NCBI GenBank assembly: GCA_963761335.1 | Contig: CAVXGR010000012.1 | Location: forward strand, 768,001-832,000 | DNA from: an uncultured delta proteobacterium | GTDB lineage: Bacteria > Desulfobacterota > Binatia > HRBIN30 > BPIQ01 | Direction of reading: 5' to 3' | Length of the DNA: 64,000 bases | Shown: piece by piece, positions 20,365 through 28,617 of the stretch | How positions within the stretch are numbered: the stretch's first letter is position 1 | Layout: the number at the start of each line of letters is the position of its first letter | Notes under the pieces: generated by a model | Told to the model about the DNA's origin: nothing | Databases searched by the model: none | Seen by the model: only the letters and a program-made list of their open reading frames with translations | Program-made: the position numbers and the translations under genes

Positions 20365-20791
20365 AACGCGGTGCCGTCGCCATTTCACGGCGAACCCGCG
20401 CTCCACGAATAGGTGTTGTTCACGTCGTGCACGTCGCCGTTGTCCGACTTCTTCTCCCACACCAACCCCGTGAGGTTGTCCGTTATGGTGCCGTCACCGT
20501 GGTCCACGAAGCGCGCAGCATCACACGTCGTTCCCGGCAGCTTCTGCTGCAGCTTGGTCCAAGCACCGGAGTACTTGATCCGGCACTTCGCCAGCTTCGC
20601 TTCGTCAAACGAGTAGCTTTTGTATACCTGGCGAGCCAGTTATGCACACACTTCTGGTACTTTCCCGCCTCCTTGGTGCGACCGGACGGGCACTTCTGCT
20701 CATCGGTCGGGGCTGCCGATGCCGCGGTGGTCGCCAGCACCACCATCGCCATGGCCAGCATCGCCGCTTTCAGCCCGCGGTTTGCCTTCAT
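20365..20791 (-). pseudogene. Disrupted DUF1566 (Lcl-domain) secreted protein, N-terminal part
   Basis: Signal peptide MKANRGLKAAMLAMAM...; frameshift near 20615; TTCDAARFVDHGDGTITDNLTGLVWEKKSD nearly identical to 21043-21648; TGA in place of Trp; C-terminus missing. Confidence 0.8.
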
Positions 20792-21042
20792 TGACTCTTT
20801 TCCCTCTTCGTCTGCGGTAAGCGCCCCGGTGATTCTCTGATGCGTGAGCACCATGATGATTTCCCCTTTCGCCGGAAGTCGCCGGCGAATCGCCTGGGAC
20901 AGCGCCGCGCTCCGCCCGGAGAGCGCCGCTGGCTCATTTCTTGACTTGTGGGGCCCAAGCATTCCCACGGGGTGGGCTTACGCCCTCCCCGAAAGACAAA
21001 GAAAGAACACATGGTCCAAGTCACGAATGATCGAATAATCGA

Positions 21043-21648
21043 TCACAAGCCGCCACGTACTGCACGTACGTAGAATGGGAAGTTCTTGAAGTCGTAGCCC
21101 ACGGGCCCACCGCCGAAGAACACGAGCCACGCGGTGTTCGGGAAGCCGGCGAGGGTAGTAGCCGACCAGTAGCCGCCGGAGGACAGCGTGCAACTGCACG
21201 TTGTCACGCTACAACCACCAGTGCAGCCAGAATCGAAGGCCGAGTCGACACACGGATCCGTCGTGCAAGGGTACGGCTCAGGAAGCAGGATCGTCTGCAG
21301 CTCCGCAAACGTCGGCATCCGCCAATCGTTCGCACCGGCAAACCCCACCTCGTTCAGAGCCGTCGCCCCGACCGCCAGAAGACTCGTGAACGCGGTGCCG
21401 TCGCCATTCCACGGTGAACCCGTGCCCCACGAATAGGTGTTGTTCACGTCGTGCACGTCGCCGTTGTCGGACTTCTTCTCCCACACCAACCCCGTGAGGT
21501 TGTCCGTTATCGTCCCGTCACCGTTGTCCACGAAGCGCGCAGCGTCACACGTCGTTCCTCTCGTTGGTTGAATGTCTCCTCGTTCGCGACTGGCGCCGCC
21601 ACGCTTTCTGTCTGGCGCCAGCCCCCGCAACATCACGTCTCCGGCCAT
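21043..21648 (-). CDS. DUF1566/Lcl C-type-lectin-fold protein, probable DGR target; N-terminus probably truncated
   Basis: FVDNGDGTITDNLTGLVW, DWRMPTFAEL, YWSATT...AWLVFF...YVRAVRGG motifs; no signal peptide. Confidence 0.85.
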   Translation of the reverse strand: MAGDVMLRGLAPDRKRGGASRERGDIQPTRGTTCDAARFVDNGDGTITDNLTGLVWEKKSDNGDVHDVNNTYSWGTGSPWNGDGTAFTSLLAVGATALNEVGFAGANDWRMPTFAELQTILLPEPYPCTTDPCVDSAFDSGCTGGCSVTTCSCTLSSGGYWSATTLAGFPNTAWLVFFGGGPVGYDFKNFPFYVRAVRGGL

Positions 21649-21905
21649 GATCCCTTCCTTTTGGGCCGCGAATGCCCGGCTCCACGCTCACCACACCCGC
21701 GGCCGTTTGCTGTCCCTTTCGTGTCCTCACCCTCTCTGGCGTTCCTCGAGACTGAACAATTGTTCCATCGCACCGAGAGGCGAGTTTCTCCCGCCGGGCA
21801 GGCACTCGCCGCATGCGAGGATGGCCCCAAGGCAATTCTGGACCTTTTCGCTTCAATTGCGCTGCCGACTGAAGGGCGTATATCGCGGCCTCTTTCAGGG
21901 CTATA

Positions 21906-21932
21906 GCCCGGCCGTCCCACGGACGGCCGGGC
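21906..21932. terminator. Perfect 12-bp GC hairpin downstream of 21995-22474 (possible terminator, no U tract)
   Basis: gcccggccgtcc-cac-ggacggccgggc. Confidence 0.45.
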
Positions 21933-21994
21933 CGCTCGATCACAAGGTGCCGCCACGCGGCTCGCCTTGTTTGGACCGCGGAATCACGAGTGCT

Positions 21995-22474
21995 TCACTT
22001 CTTTTCGGCGCTCAGTTCGAGGGTGAAAGTCGCCGAAGTATTATCTTGCGACTGTGCGACAGCCGTCGCTGTCACGGGGCCGTCGAGCTTGGAGGTTGCG
22101 TCGAACCACCAGGTCCCTGAAATTGAGCATGCGCCATTGCAGAACGCCTCGGTCGCACCAGACGGATGAAATGAACTGCTGATATCAACCGCGCCCGCTG
22201 TAACAACCGGAGGCTGGATGTTTACCACTCCCATCGCGTACGATTGCAGGGTCGCGCGCACGACCAGGAGGCGACCCTTGGCCACCTTTTTCAGTGATGT
22301 CACCAGGACGATATCCTGCCCAGGCCCCGTGCTTCGAAGGTCTGCGGTGGCAATCGAGACCATTTTTCCTTCGCCGCTGTCACCGTCGGCAGCCAACACG
22401 GATCGGGCGCCCGAGAGCGCGAGTAGGCAGAGACCCGTCGTTACAATACATCTTTGAATCTGAACTTTGCGCAT
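21995..22474 (-). CDS. Secreted hypothetical protein (159 aa)
   Basis: GGGAG RBS; signal peptide MRKVQIQRCIVTTGLCLLALSGARSVLA; beta-rich mature part. Confidence 0.65.
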   Translation of the reverse strand: MRKVQIQRCIVTTGLCLLALSGARSVLAADGDSGEGKMVSIATADLRSTGPGQDIVLVTSLKKVAKGRLLVVRATLQSYAMGVVNIQPPVVTAGAVDISSSFHPSGATEAFCNGACSISGTWWFDATSKLDGPVTATAVAQSQDNTSATFTLELSAEKK

Positions 22475-22674
22475 TCGTATTCTCCCTCGTTGCGGCGCTG
22501 CAGTTCCCGGACCCCCCGGTCCCCCCTCAGCGCTCCGTTTCTCCAGAGACCTCGACCTCGCGGCTTCCGCAGGCGGACGGGCACACAGACGCCCGCCCAC
22601 CTGCGGGACCCCTGACCTCCGTAGCCTCGGCCAGGGGAGCCAAAACGCAAACGGTGAAATGGCCAAAGTAATGA
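22475..22674 (-). repeat. Conserved ~200-bp spacer of the CLec gene array, copy A
   Basis: Near-identical to 23488-23698; 16-bp hairpin at 22567-22606. Confidence 0.85.
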
Positions 22675-23487
22675 CTAGCGGGCGCAGCGGAAGCCGATGA
22701 GGCCGTTCGAGTCGGACGGCGGGCTGTTGGCGCCCACCTCGAGCGGACCGGCGCCGCCGAAGGAGAAGGCGGAGCCGCGCAGCAGCGCACCGGGCTCTCC
22801 CGTCGTCGCCGCTCCCGCCAGGCACTGATAGTCGCCCGTCGGGCTGACGCCGGCGCTCCATGTCCCGCACCCCGTCGAGCGCGGCACCCACTCCGCCACC
22901 CACTCGATTAGGTTGCCCACCATGTCGAAAACGCCGTCTGTCGACACGCAGCTGCTGCGCGATCCGGTGGGCTCCGCCACGAGGCTGCTGTTCGTGTTGC
23001 AGTCCGTCGTGCCGTTGTCCGGTCCCGGGTCCGGGCTGCCCGCCACTGCCGCCTGCCACTCCGCGTTCGACGGCAGCCGCTTGCCGGCGTTCTTGCACGC
23101 CTGCTGCGCCTGGAACCAGGTGATGTACGCCGACGGTGTCACCCCCTGCAGGCTCACCGCGTAGATGTCGTACGTGCAGCCCTGCCCGGCGTCGTCGCAC
23201 GGCGCATAGTCATCGCTCGCGATGCCGAGCTGCGTTGCGCCGCCGCCGCTCAGGTCCGTCGCCGTCGCCTTCCCCAGCTGGATCTTCTTCACCAGCTTCT
23301 TGTTTGCCCCCTGCGGATCGGGCACCCGCCACACCGTCGCCTCGTACTTGTCCATGCACACCGTCCCCGACACCCCCGCGTCGCTGCTGCACTTCACCAG
23401 CGGCGTCTTCGGAAACCCCGCCATTGCCGCGCCCGCCACGCCCATCACCAGGCCGGCCACTGCTAGAATCCCAATCATGCGCTTCAT
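22675..23487 (-). CDS. Secreted FGE-sulfatase (SUMF1/CLec fold) protein, probable DGR target, paralog 1
   Basis: Signal peptide; CMDKYE, KRLPSNAEWQAA, FDMVGNLIEWV, RG...IGFRCAR. Confidence 0.9.
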   Translation of the reverse strand: MKRMIGILAVAGLVMGVAGAAMAGFPKTPLVKCSSDAGVSGTVCMDKYEATVWRVPDPQGANKKLVKKIQLGKATATDLSGGGATQLGIASDDYAPCDDAGQGCTYDIYAVSLQGVTPSAYITWFQAQQACKNAGKRLPSNAEWQAAVAGSPDPGPDNGTTDCNTNSSLVAEPTGSRSSCVSTDGVFDMVGNLIEWVAEWVPRSTGCGTWSAGVSPTGDYQCLAGAATTGEPGALLRGSAFSFGGAGPLEVGANSPPSDSNGLIGFRCAR

Positions 23488-23698
23488 TCTCGTCTACCTC
23501 TTTCGTCTGCTTGCGGCGCTGCAGATCCCGGACCCCCCGGTCCCCCCTCAGCGCTCCGTTTCCCCAGAGACCTCGACCTCGCGGCTCCCGCAGGCGGACG
23601 GGCACAAAGACGCCCGCCCACCCGCGGGACTCCTGACCTCCGTAGCCTCGGCCAGGGAGGCCGAAGCGCAAATGTCCGAATGGCCAAAGTAAAGGTGA
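23488..23698 (-). repeat. Conserved ~200-bp spacer of the CLec gene array, copy B
   Basis: Near-identical to 22475-22674; its gene-proximal ~80 bp also recurs at 24515-24595. Confidence 0.85.
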
Positions 23699-24514
23699 CT
23701 AGCGGGCGCAGCGAAAGCCGACGTAGTAGACCGAGCCGGACGGCCAGACGAAGCCGTTCACGGCGAGCGGACCGGCGTACGAACCGTCGTTGAAGTAGCC
23801 GCCGCGCAGCAGCGCACCGGGCTCACCAGTGGTCGCCGCTCCGGCCAGGCACTGATAGTCGCCCGTCGGGCTCACTCCGGCGCCCCACGTGCCGCAGGTG
23901 GTCGAGCGCGGCACCCAGTCCGCCACCCACTCGTCCAGGTTCCCCACCATATCGAAGGCGCCGTCCGACGACACGCAGCTGCTGCGCGAGCCGGTGGGCT
24001 CCGCCACGAGGCTGCTGGCCGTGTTGCAGTCCGTCGTGCCGTTGTCCGGTCCCGGGTCCGGCGTCCCCGCCACCGCCGCCTGCCACTCCGCGTTCGACGG
24101 CAGCCGCTTCGCCGCGTTCTTGCACGCCTGCTGCGCCTGGAACCAGGTGATGTACGCCGACGGCGTCACCGACGGCAGGCTAACCGCGTAGATGTCGTTG
24201 GCGCAGTTCTGCCCGGCGTCATCGCACGGCGCGTAGTCGTCGCTCGTCGTGCCGAGCTCTATGGCGCCACCGTTGAAGAGATCGACCGCCGTCGCCTTCC
24301 CCAGCTGGATCTTCTTCACCAGCTTCTTGTTTGCCCCCTGCGGATCGGGCACCCGCCACACGCTGGCCTCGTACTTGTCCATGCACACCGTCCCCGACAC
24401 CACCGCGTCGTCGCTGCACTTCACCAGCGGCGTCTTCGGAAACCCCGCCAGCGCTGCGCCCGCCACGCCCATCACCAGGCCGGCCGCTGCTAGAATCCCA
24501 ATCATTCGCTTCAT
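23699..24514 (-). CDS. Secreted FGE-sulfatase (SUMF1/CLec fold) protein, probable DGR target, paralog 2
   Basis: Very similar to 22675-23487 except the last ~33 codons; FDMVGNLDEWV, LRGGYF...VGFRCAR. Confidence 0.9.
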   Translation of the reverse strand: MKRMIGILAAAGLVMGVAGAALAGFPKTPLVKCSDDAVVSGTVCMDKYEASVWRVPDPQGANKKLVKKIQLGKATAVDLFNGGAIELGTTSDDYAPCDDAGQNCANDIYAVSLPSVTPSAYITWFQAQQACKNAAKRLPSNAEWQAAVAGTPDPGPDNGTTDCNTASSLVAEPTGSRSSCVSSDGAFDMVGNLDEWVADWVPRSTTCGTWGAGVSPTGDYQCLAGAATTGEPGALLRGGYFNDGSYAGPLAVNGFVWPSGSVYYVGFRCAR

Positions 24515-24821
24515 TCTCGTCTGCCTCTTTCGTCTGCTTGCGGCGCTGTAGATACCGGACCCCCCGGTCCCCCCTCAGCGCTCCGTTTCTCCAGACCAGA
24601 GCCAGCCTGTGTTGGCTCCCTTCTGAGCTCTTCAATTCTTCGAATCTTCGCCCACGGCGGGCCGAACGGCGCCGGGCGCATCGTCTCCCAGACAGCGGAA
24701 AGTGGATTCCCTGTTGGACCTTACGACAGTGCCGGCGCTGCTCGAGAGTAAGTGCTCGCCCTGCCCCGGCTAGTCGACCGGGGTGACCCGTGGCACATCA
24801 GCGGCCGAGGAGGTGACGCTG

Positions 24822-25190
24822 ATGGCGAAGGACGTAGAGGACGGAAGGGAGCTGCGACAAGCCGTGGCCCGCTTGGCGCGACGCCGGCGGACAGAGGCTG
24901 TTCCACGGCCGATCCGCAGCCGCGTGATCGAGTACGCACGGCGAGGCCGGAAGAGGGGCCGCAGCTGGCGGGAGCTGGCGCACTCGGTGGGCCTGGCTCC
25001 GTACACCGTGCAGCGCTGGGTGCGGCTCGCCGATGAGACCGGGCCGGCTGCACGGAAGCTGGTGCCGGTCCGGATCGAGCCGGAGGGGAGAGCTGGTAGC
25101 GGCGGCCTCGTGCTCGTCATGCCGACCGGCGTGCGACTGGAGGGGCTCGCCGCGGAGGACGCAGTGGCGGTGCTGCGCGGGCTCCAGTGA
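24822..25190 (+). CDS. tnpA: IS66 accessory protein TnpA (HTH)
   Basis: GAGGAGG RBS; HTH-like WRELAHSVGLAPYTVQRW; LVPVRI...GVRLEGL tail; GTGA overlap with tnpB. Confidence 0.75.
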   Translation: MAKDVEDGRELRQAVARLARRRRTEAVPRPIRSRVIEYARRGRKRGRSWRELAHSVGLAPYTVQRWVRLADETGPAARKLVPVRIEPEGRAGSGGLVLVMPTGVRLEGLAAEDAVAVLRGLQ

Positions 25191-25573
25191 TCGGCAGCAC
25201 GCGCAACCTGCGAGTGTGGGCGTATGCAGCGCCCGCCGACCTGCGCAAGGGCTTCGACGGCCTGAGCGGACTTGTGGCAGGCGAGCTCGGCCGCGACGTG
25301 CTCTCCGGGGACTGCTTTCTCTTCGTGTCGCGGAGTCGCCGCAGCGCCAAGGTTCTCGTCTGGGACGGCACCGGGCTCGTCATCTACCACAAGCGACTGG
25401 AGCAGGGACGCTTCCCCTCGCTGTGGGTCGAGGCGGTATCGGCGCCGGTGGTGCTCACGGTGACGGAGCTGACGCTCTTCCTCGAGGGGTGCCGGATGGT
25501 CACCCGCGTGCCGCTCTCGCCCCCGCCCTTCGAGCTGCCCGGCCGGCGGCAGACAGGTGATCGGCGTAGTTAG
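25187..25573 (+). CDS. tnpB: IS66 accessory protein TnpB
   Basis: DLRKGFDGL, FLFVSRSR, KVLVWDGTG, KRLEQGRF. Confidence 0.95.
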   Translation: MIGSTRNLRVWAYAAPADLRKGFDGLSGLVAGELGRDVLSGDCFLFVSRSRRSAKVLVWDGTGLVIYHKRLEQGRFPSLWVEAVSAPVVLTVTELTLFLEGCRMVTRVPLSPPPFELPGRRQTGDRRS

Positions 25574-25603
25574 ACATAAGTAACTATTGCATTATCTAAG
25601 TGG

Positions 25604-27139
25604 ATGGTGTATATACGCTCCATGGTGGACATCGAGCGGGAGACCAACATCGAGCGGCTACGCGAGATGGCGCGCCTTCTCGACCGCGAGAACATGCGGC
25701 TCCACGCCCGGCTCCTGGAGCTCACCCGAAAGCTCGCCGAGGCCCGCGGCGAGGTCGCCACCCAGCTGCAGCTGGAGATCAGCGCTCTGCAGCAAACGCT
25801 CGACGCTCGCAACCAGGCGCTCTTCGGCCGCTCCTCCGAGAAGCGGCCGTCGCCGCCGGCGGAGAAGGCGAACGCAGAGGCGACCACCGCACCCACGCGC
25901 GGCCACGGCCCCACGGCGCAGCCCTCGCTGCCGATCATGGAGGAGATCCATCACCTCGACGAGCCCGACCGCGCCTGCCCCAAGTGTGGCGGCGCGCTTG
26001 CCGAGTGGGACGGGCAGTTCGAGGAGGCGGAGGAGGTCGACGTCGTCGAGCGCTCCTTCCGCATTGTCCGACACCGCCGGCAGAAGTACCGCTGCGCCTG
26101 TGGCTGCATTGAGACGGCGTTGGGCCCGCAGAAGCTCATCGAGGGCGGCCGCTACTCGGTGGGGTTCGCCGTGGAGGTGGCCGTCTCCAAGTACACCGAT
26201 CACCTGCCCTTGGCGCGCCAGGTGCGGCAGATGGCGCGAGCGGGGCTCACCGTCGGCACCCAGGCGCTGTGGGACCAGATCTTCGCCCTCTCGCGCCATC
26301 TGGAGCCCACCTACAAGGCCTTGCGGCACTATGTGCTCGGGGCGCCGGTGGTCGGCGCCGACGAGACCACCTGGCAGCTCATGGACGGCAAGAGCTCGGG
26401 GAAGTGGTGGGTGTGGGCGGTGACCCGGCCCGACGCTGTCTTCTACCAGATTCTCTCCTCGCGTTCGGCACAGGCGGCGGGCACCGTGCTCGGCGGGTTC
26501 CACGGCATCGTGGTCGCCGACGGGTACAGTGCCTACCGCGCGCTGCAGAAGCAGACGCGGGACGGGGACGGCGTACCGGACTTCGATCTCGCCTGCTGCT
26601 GGGCCCACTGCCGGAGGAAATTCGTTGAGGCGGAGCCGCACTATCCGCAGGCGACTCAGGCGATCGACTTGATCCGCGGGCTCTACCGGATCGAGGAGCG
26701 CGGCCGAGAGTCGGGCGATCCGGCCAAGCTCCTGGAGCTGCGCCGCACGGACTCGGCGAAGCTGATGGAGGCGATACGACTCTGGCTGGTCGAGCAGGCG
26801 AAGACGGCGCTGCCGCAATCGAGTCTCGGCAAGGCGATCGGCTACGCGCAGAGCCTCTGGCCCGGGTTCACGCGATTTCTCGGAAACTCGCAAATTCCCC
26901 TTGACAACAATGGGACTGAGAGAGTCCTCCGGGGTGTGGCCGTCGGAAGAAAAAATCACTACGGCTCCCGGTCGATCCGGGGAACCGAGGTGGCGGCGCT
27001 CTTCTACAGCCTGATCGAGTCGGCGAAGCTCAGCGGCATCGAGCCGGCGTACTACCTGCGCGAGGCAACTGCCCGGGCGATCACCAACCCGGGCACTGTC
27101 ACCCTCCCGGTCGATATCTGCACGGCGGACACGACATAG
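25604..27139 (+). CDS. tnpC: IS66 DDE transposase TnpC (start 25604 or 25622)
   Basis: LFGRSSEK, CPKCG zinc finger, KYTDHLPLARQ, ADET, DGYSAY, CWAHCRRKF, LDNNGTER, GRKN. Confidence 0.95.
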   Translation: MVYIRSMVDIERETNIERLREMARLLDRENMRLHARLLELTRKLAEARGEVATQLQLEISALQQTLDARNQALFGRSSEKRPSPPAEKANAEATTAPTRGHGPTAQPSLPIMEEIHHLDEPDRACPKCGGALAEWDGQFEEAEEVDVVERSFRIVRHRRQKYRCACGCIETALGPQKLIEGGRYSVGFAVEVAVSKYTDHLPLARQVRQMARAGLTVGTQALWDQIFALSRHLEPTYKALRHYVLGAPVVGADETTWQLMDGKSSGKWWVWAVTRPDAVFYQILSSRSAQAAGTVLGGFHGIVVADGYSAYRALQKQTRDGDGVPDFDLACCWAHCRRKFVEAEPHYPQATQAIDLIRGLYRIEERGRESGDPAKLLELRRTDSAKLMEAIRLWLVEQAKTALPQSSLGKAIGYAQSLWPGFTRFLGNSQIPLDNNGTERVLRGVAVGRKNHYGSRSIRGTEVAALFYSLIESAKLSGIEPAYYLREATARAITNPGTVTLPVDICTADTT

Positions 27140-28114
27140 TCCGCGGCCACGCCTCCGCTCCCGCCGCCGCACCACCACGGATGCTGAGTTAGCCTGCTAT
27201 CGCATCGTCGCGCCATACGGGGCGCGCTCGAGATCGGCGGGCTAGGTGAAAGGGGTGAGATGGGCCAGACGGTCGCTGGCCCGCGCTTGGCGGAGGCAAT
27301 CGCCGCGGCAACCACCGGGCTCGGCGGCCCTTGCTGCGGCGTGATGCAATTCGAGCGTGAAAAGACGGCCTCGCGCCGGCGGAGCCGTCGGCGAAGCCTC
27401 ATGGGGGGCGAGGCGGGAAAGAGGCGGGATCGAGAAGGGAGCGTTGGTTCGCTCTCTCTGCGGCGGGCCCCGTTCGTTGGCGCTCGCCTGCGTGAGCCTT
27501 CCGCACGACCCAAGATCAGCCGGCGCGACCCATAGCGACGGAGCTTCCCTCGGCTCCAGTGACCTCATGCCCGCAGGTCTTGCGCCGGCCGAATTCCTTT
27601 CGGCACTGGCCCCCGCGCCCTCGCCTTCGAGCCCCGGGGCGAGCTTGCGACCATGACTCCGACCTCGCCCTGGCGACTGGGGCAGGGACTCGGGGCCCTC
27701 GCCTTGGCCGCCAACGACCGTCCCTTTGCCGCGCCCATGTCGAAGCGTGCGAGCACCGACGGCGCGTGCCCACGAGGCCACGCCTCCGAGGCAGGCGAAG
27801 CAGAGGAGCGACAAGAAGACGAAGCCAACCACCCAGAAGCGAGGCACCTCGCCGCTTCGCAGGACGCCCTCGGTCACGCGCCTCGTGCCGTTGTAGCGCC
27901 TGCGAGTCAAAGCTCGCCCTAGGGCCGATTGTGGAACTCTTGGTGCCATGATCAAAGCTTGCGAATAGGAACTTATACTGCACGGTCCTTTGTAAATGCA
28001 ATTAGGGAAAGCCCCTATAGCCGATTCAGTGTTCCTCCGTAGGCCCGCAAGTCTCACAAGCGAAACAGGCCCGACTGCTTGCGAATTGACCAGCGCGATT
28101 GGTGGTCATTGTGT

Positions 28115-28514
28115 CAAGCAACAGGCAGACGACGCCGTCGAGGCGGTCTGGGGCCACACAGCGCCGGGCGCCGCAGCGGCACCCGCTGATGACACGGCGC
28201 CAGGGGACACAATCGCGCCGGATGATGACGCAGGCGGCGGCTGGCTCTCCTCCGCTGAGACCTGGCTCGACTTCCACGACGACACGCCCCGTCCTCGGAG
28301 GCAACGCCGCTGCCCATTCATTCAGGCCGTGCTGGCTCGTTAGGCAGCCGAAGCCGTCCGCTGTCTGACCACGCTCACAGGAAGCCGTGGGGCGCACTTG
28401 GGTACGCGACTTGCTCTACAATGCCTGCGAATTGGTCAATCCAGTTGCAGATTCTACCGGTCGCGAATGTCGTCAAAGCCTACGTTGGGGATGGGGGGGC
28501 CCGGTTCGCGAAGC
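28115..28514 (+). repeat. Collapsed three-piece copy of 33513-36547
   Basis: 28115-28240 matches 33513-33638; 28233-28294 matches 33976-34037; 28293-28514 matches 36325-36547. Confidence 0.85.
28399..28415 (+). promoter_or_regulatory. Candidate sigma54 -24/-12 promoter upstream of the Anbu operon
   Basis: tgGGTACGcgacTTGCt, GG-N10-GC spacing. Confidence 0.5.
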
Positions 28515-28617
28515 GGAGAAGGCCCATTCTGCTCCGTCCCAGAAGCTCCTCCTTGAAAGGCGTACCGTCGACATCCGACATCGCCGGCGGCCTGCGATTG
28601 AGCGGAGGGCGCGAGGC

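Larger units (their letters stand above)
24748..27225 (+). mobile_element. IS66-family insertion sequence with damaged right end
   Basis: Left end GTAAGTG; tnpA-tnpB-tnpC order; 8-bp direct repeat gctcgaga at 24740-24747 and 27226-27233. Confidence 0.85.

Noticed and set aside
22475..24595. Spacer as integron attC sites, CRISPR repeats or a hammerhead ribozyme
   Set aside because: No RYYYAAC/GTTRRRY boxes or integrase; units are too long and separated by genes; CTGAGGG-stem-GGGA lacks the CUGANGA/GAAA core.
25574..25620. AT-rich patch before tnpC as a sigma70 promoter
   Set aside because: TTGCAT is present but the -10 at proper spacing (TATATA) lacks the final T; too weak to call.
27234..28110. 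ORFs 27242-28057 and 27516-28001
   Set aside because: No recognisable motifs and atypical composition; probably non-coding or decayed DNA.
16800..28600. Local DGR template repeat, reverse transcriptase or avd
   Set aside because: No AAC-rich non-coding copy of either variable region and no ORF with RT motifs was found by eye in the window, so a complete DGR is not claimed.
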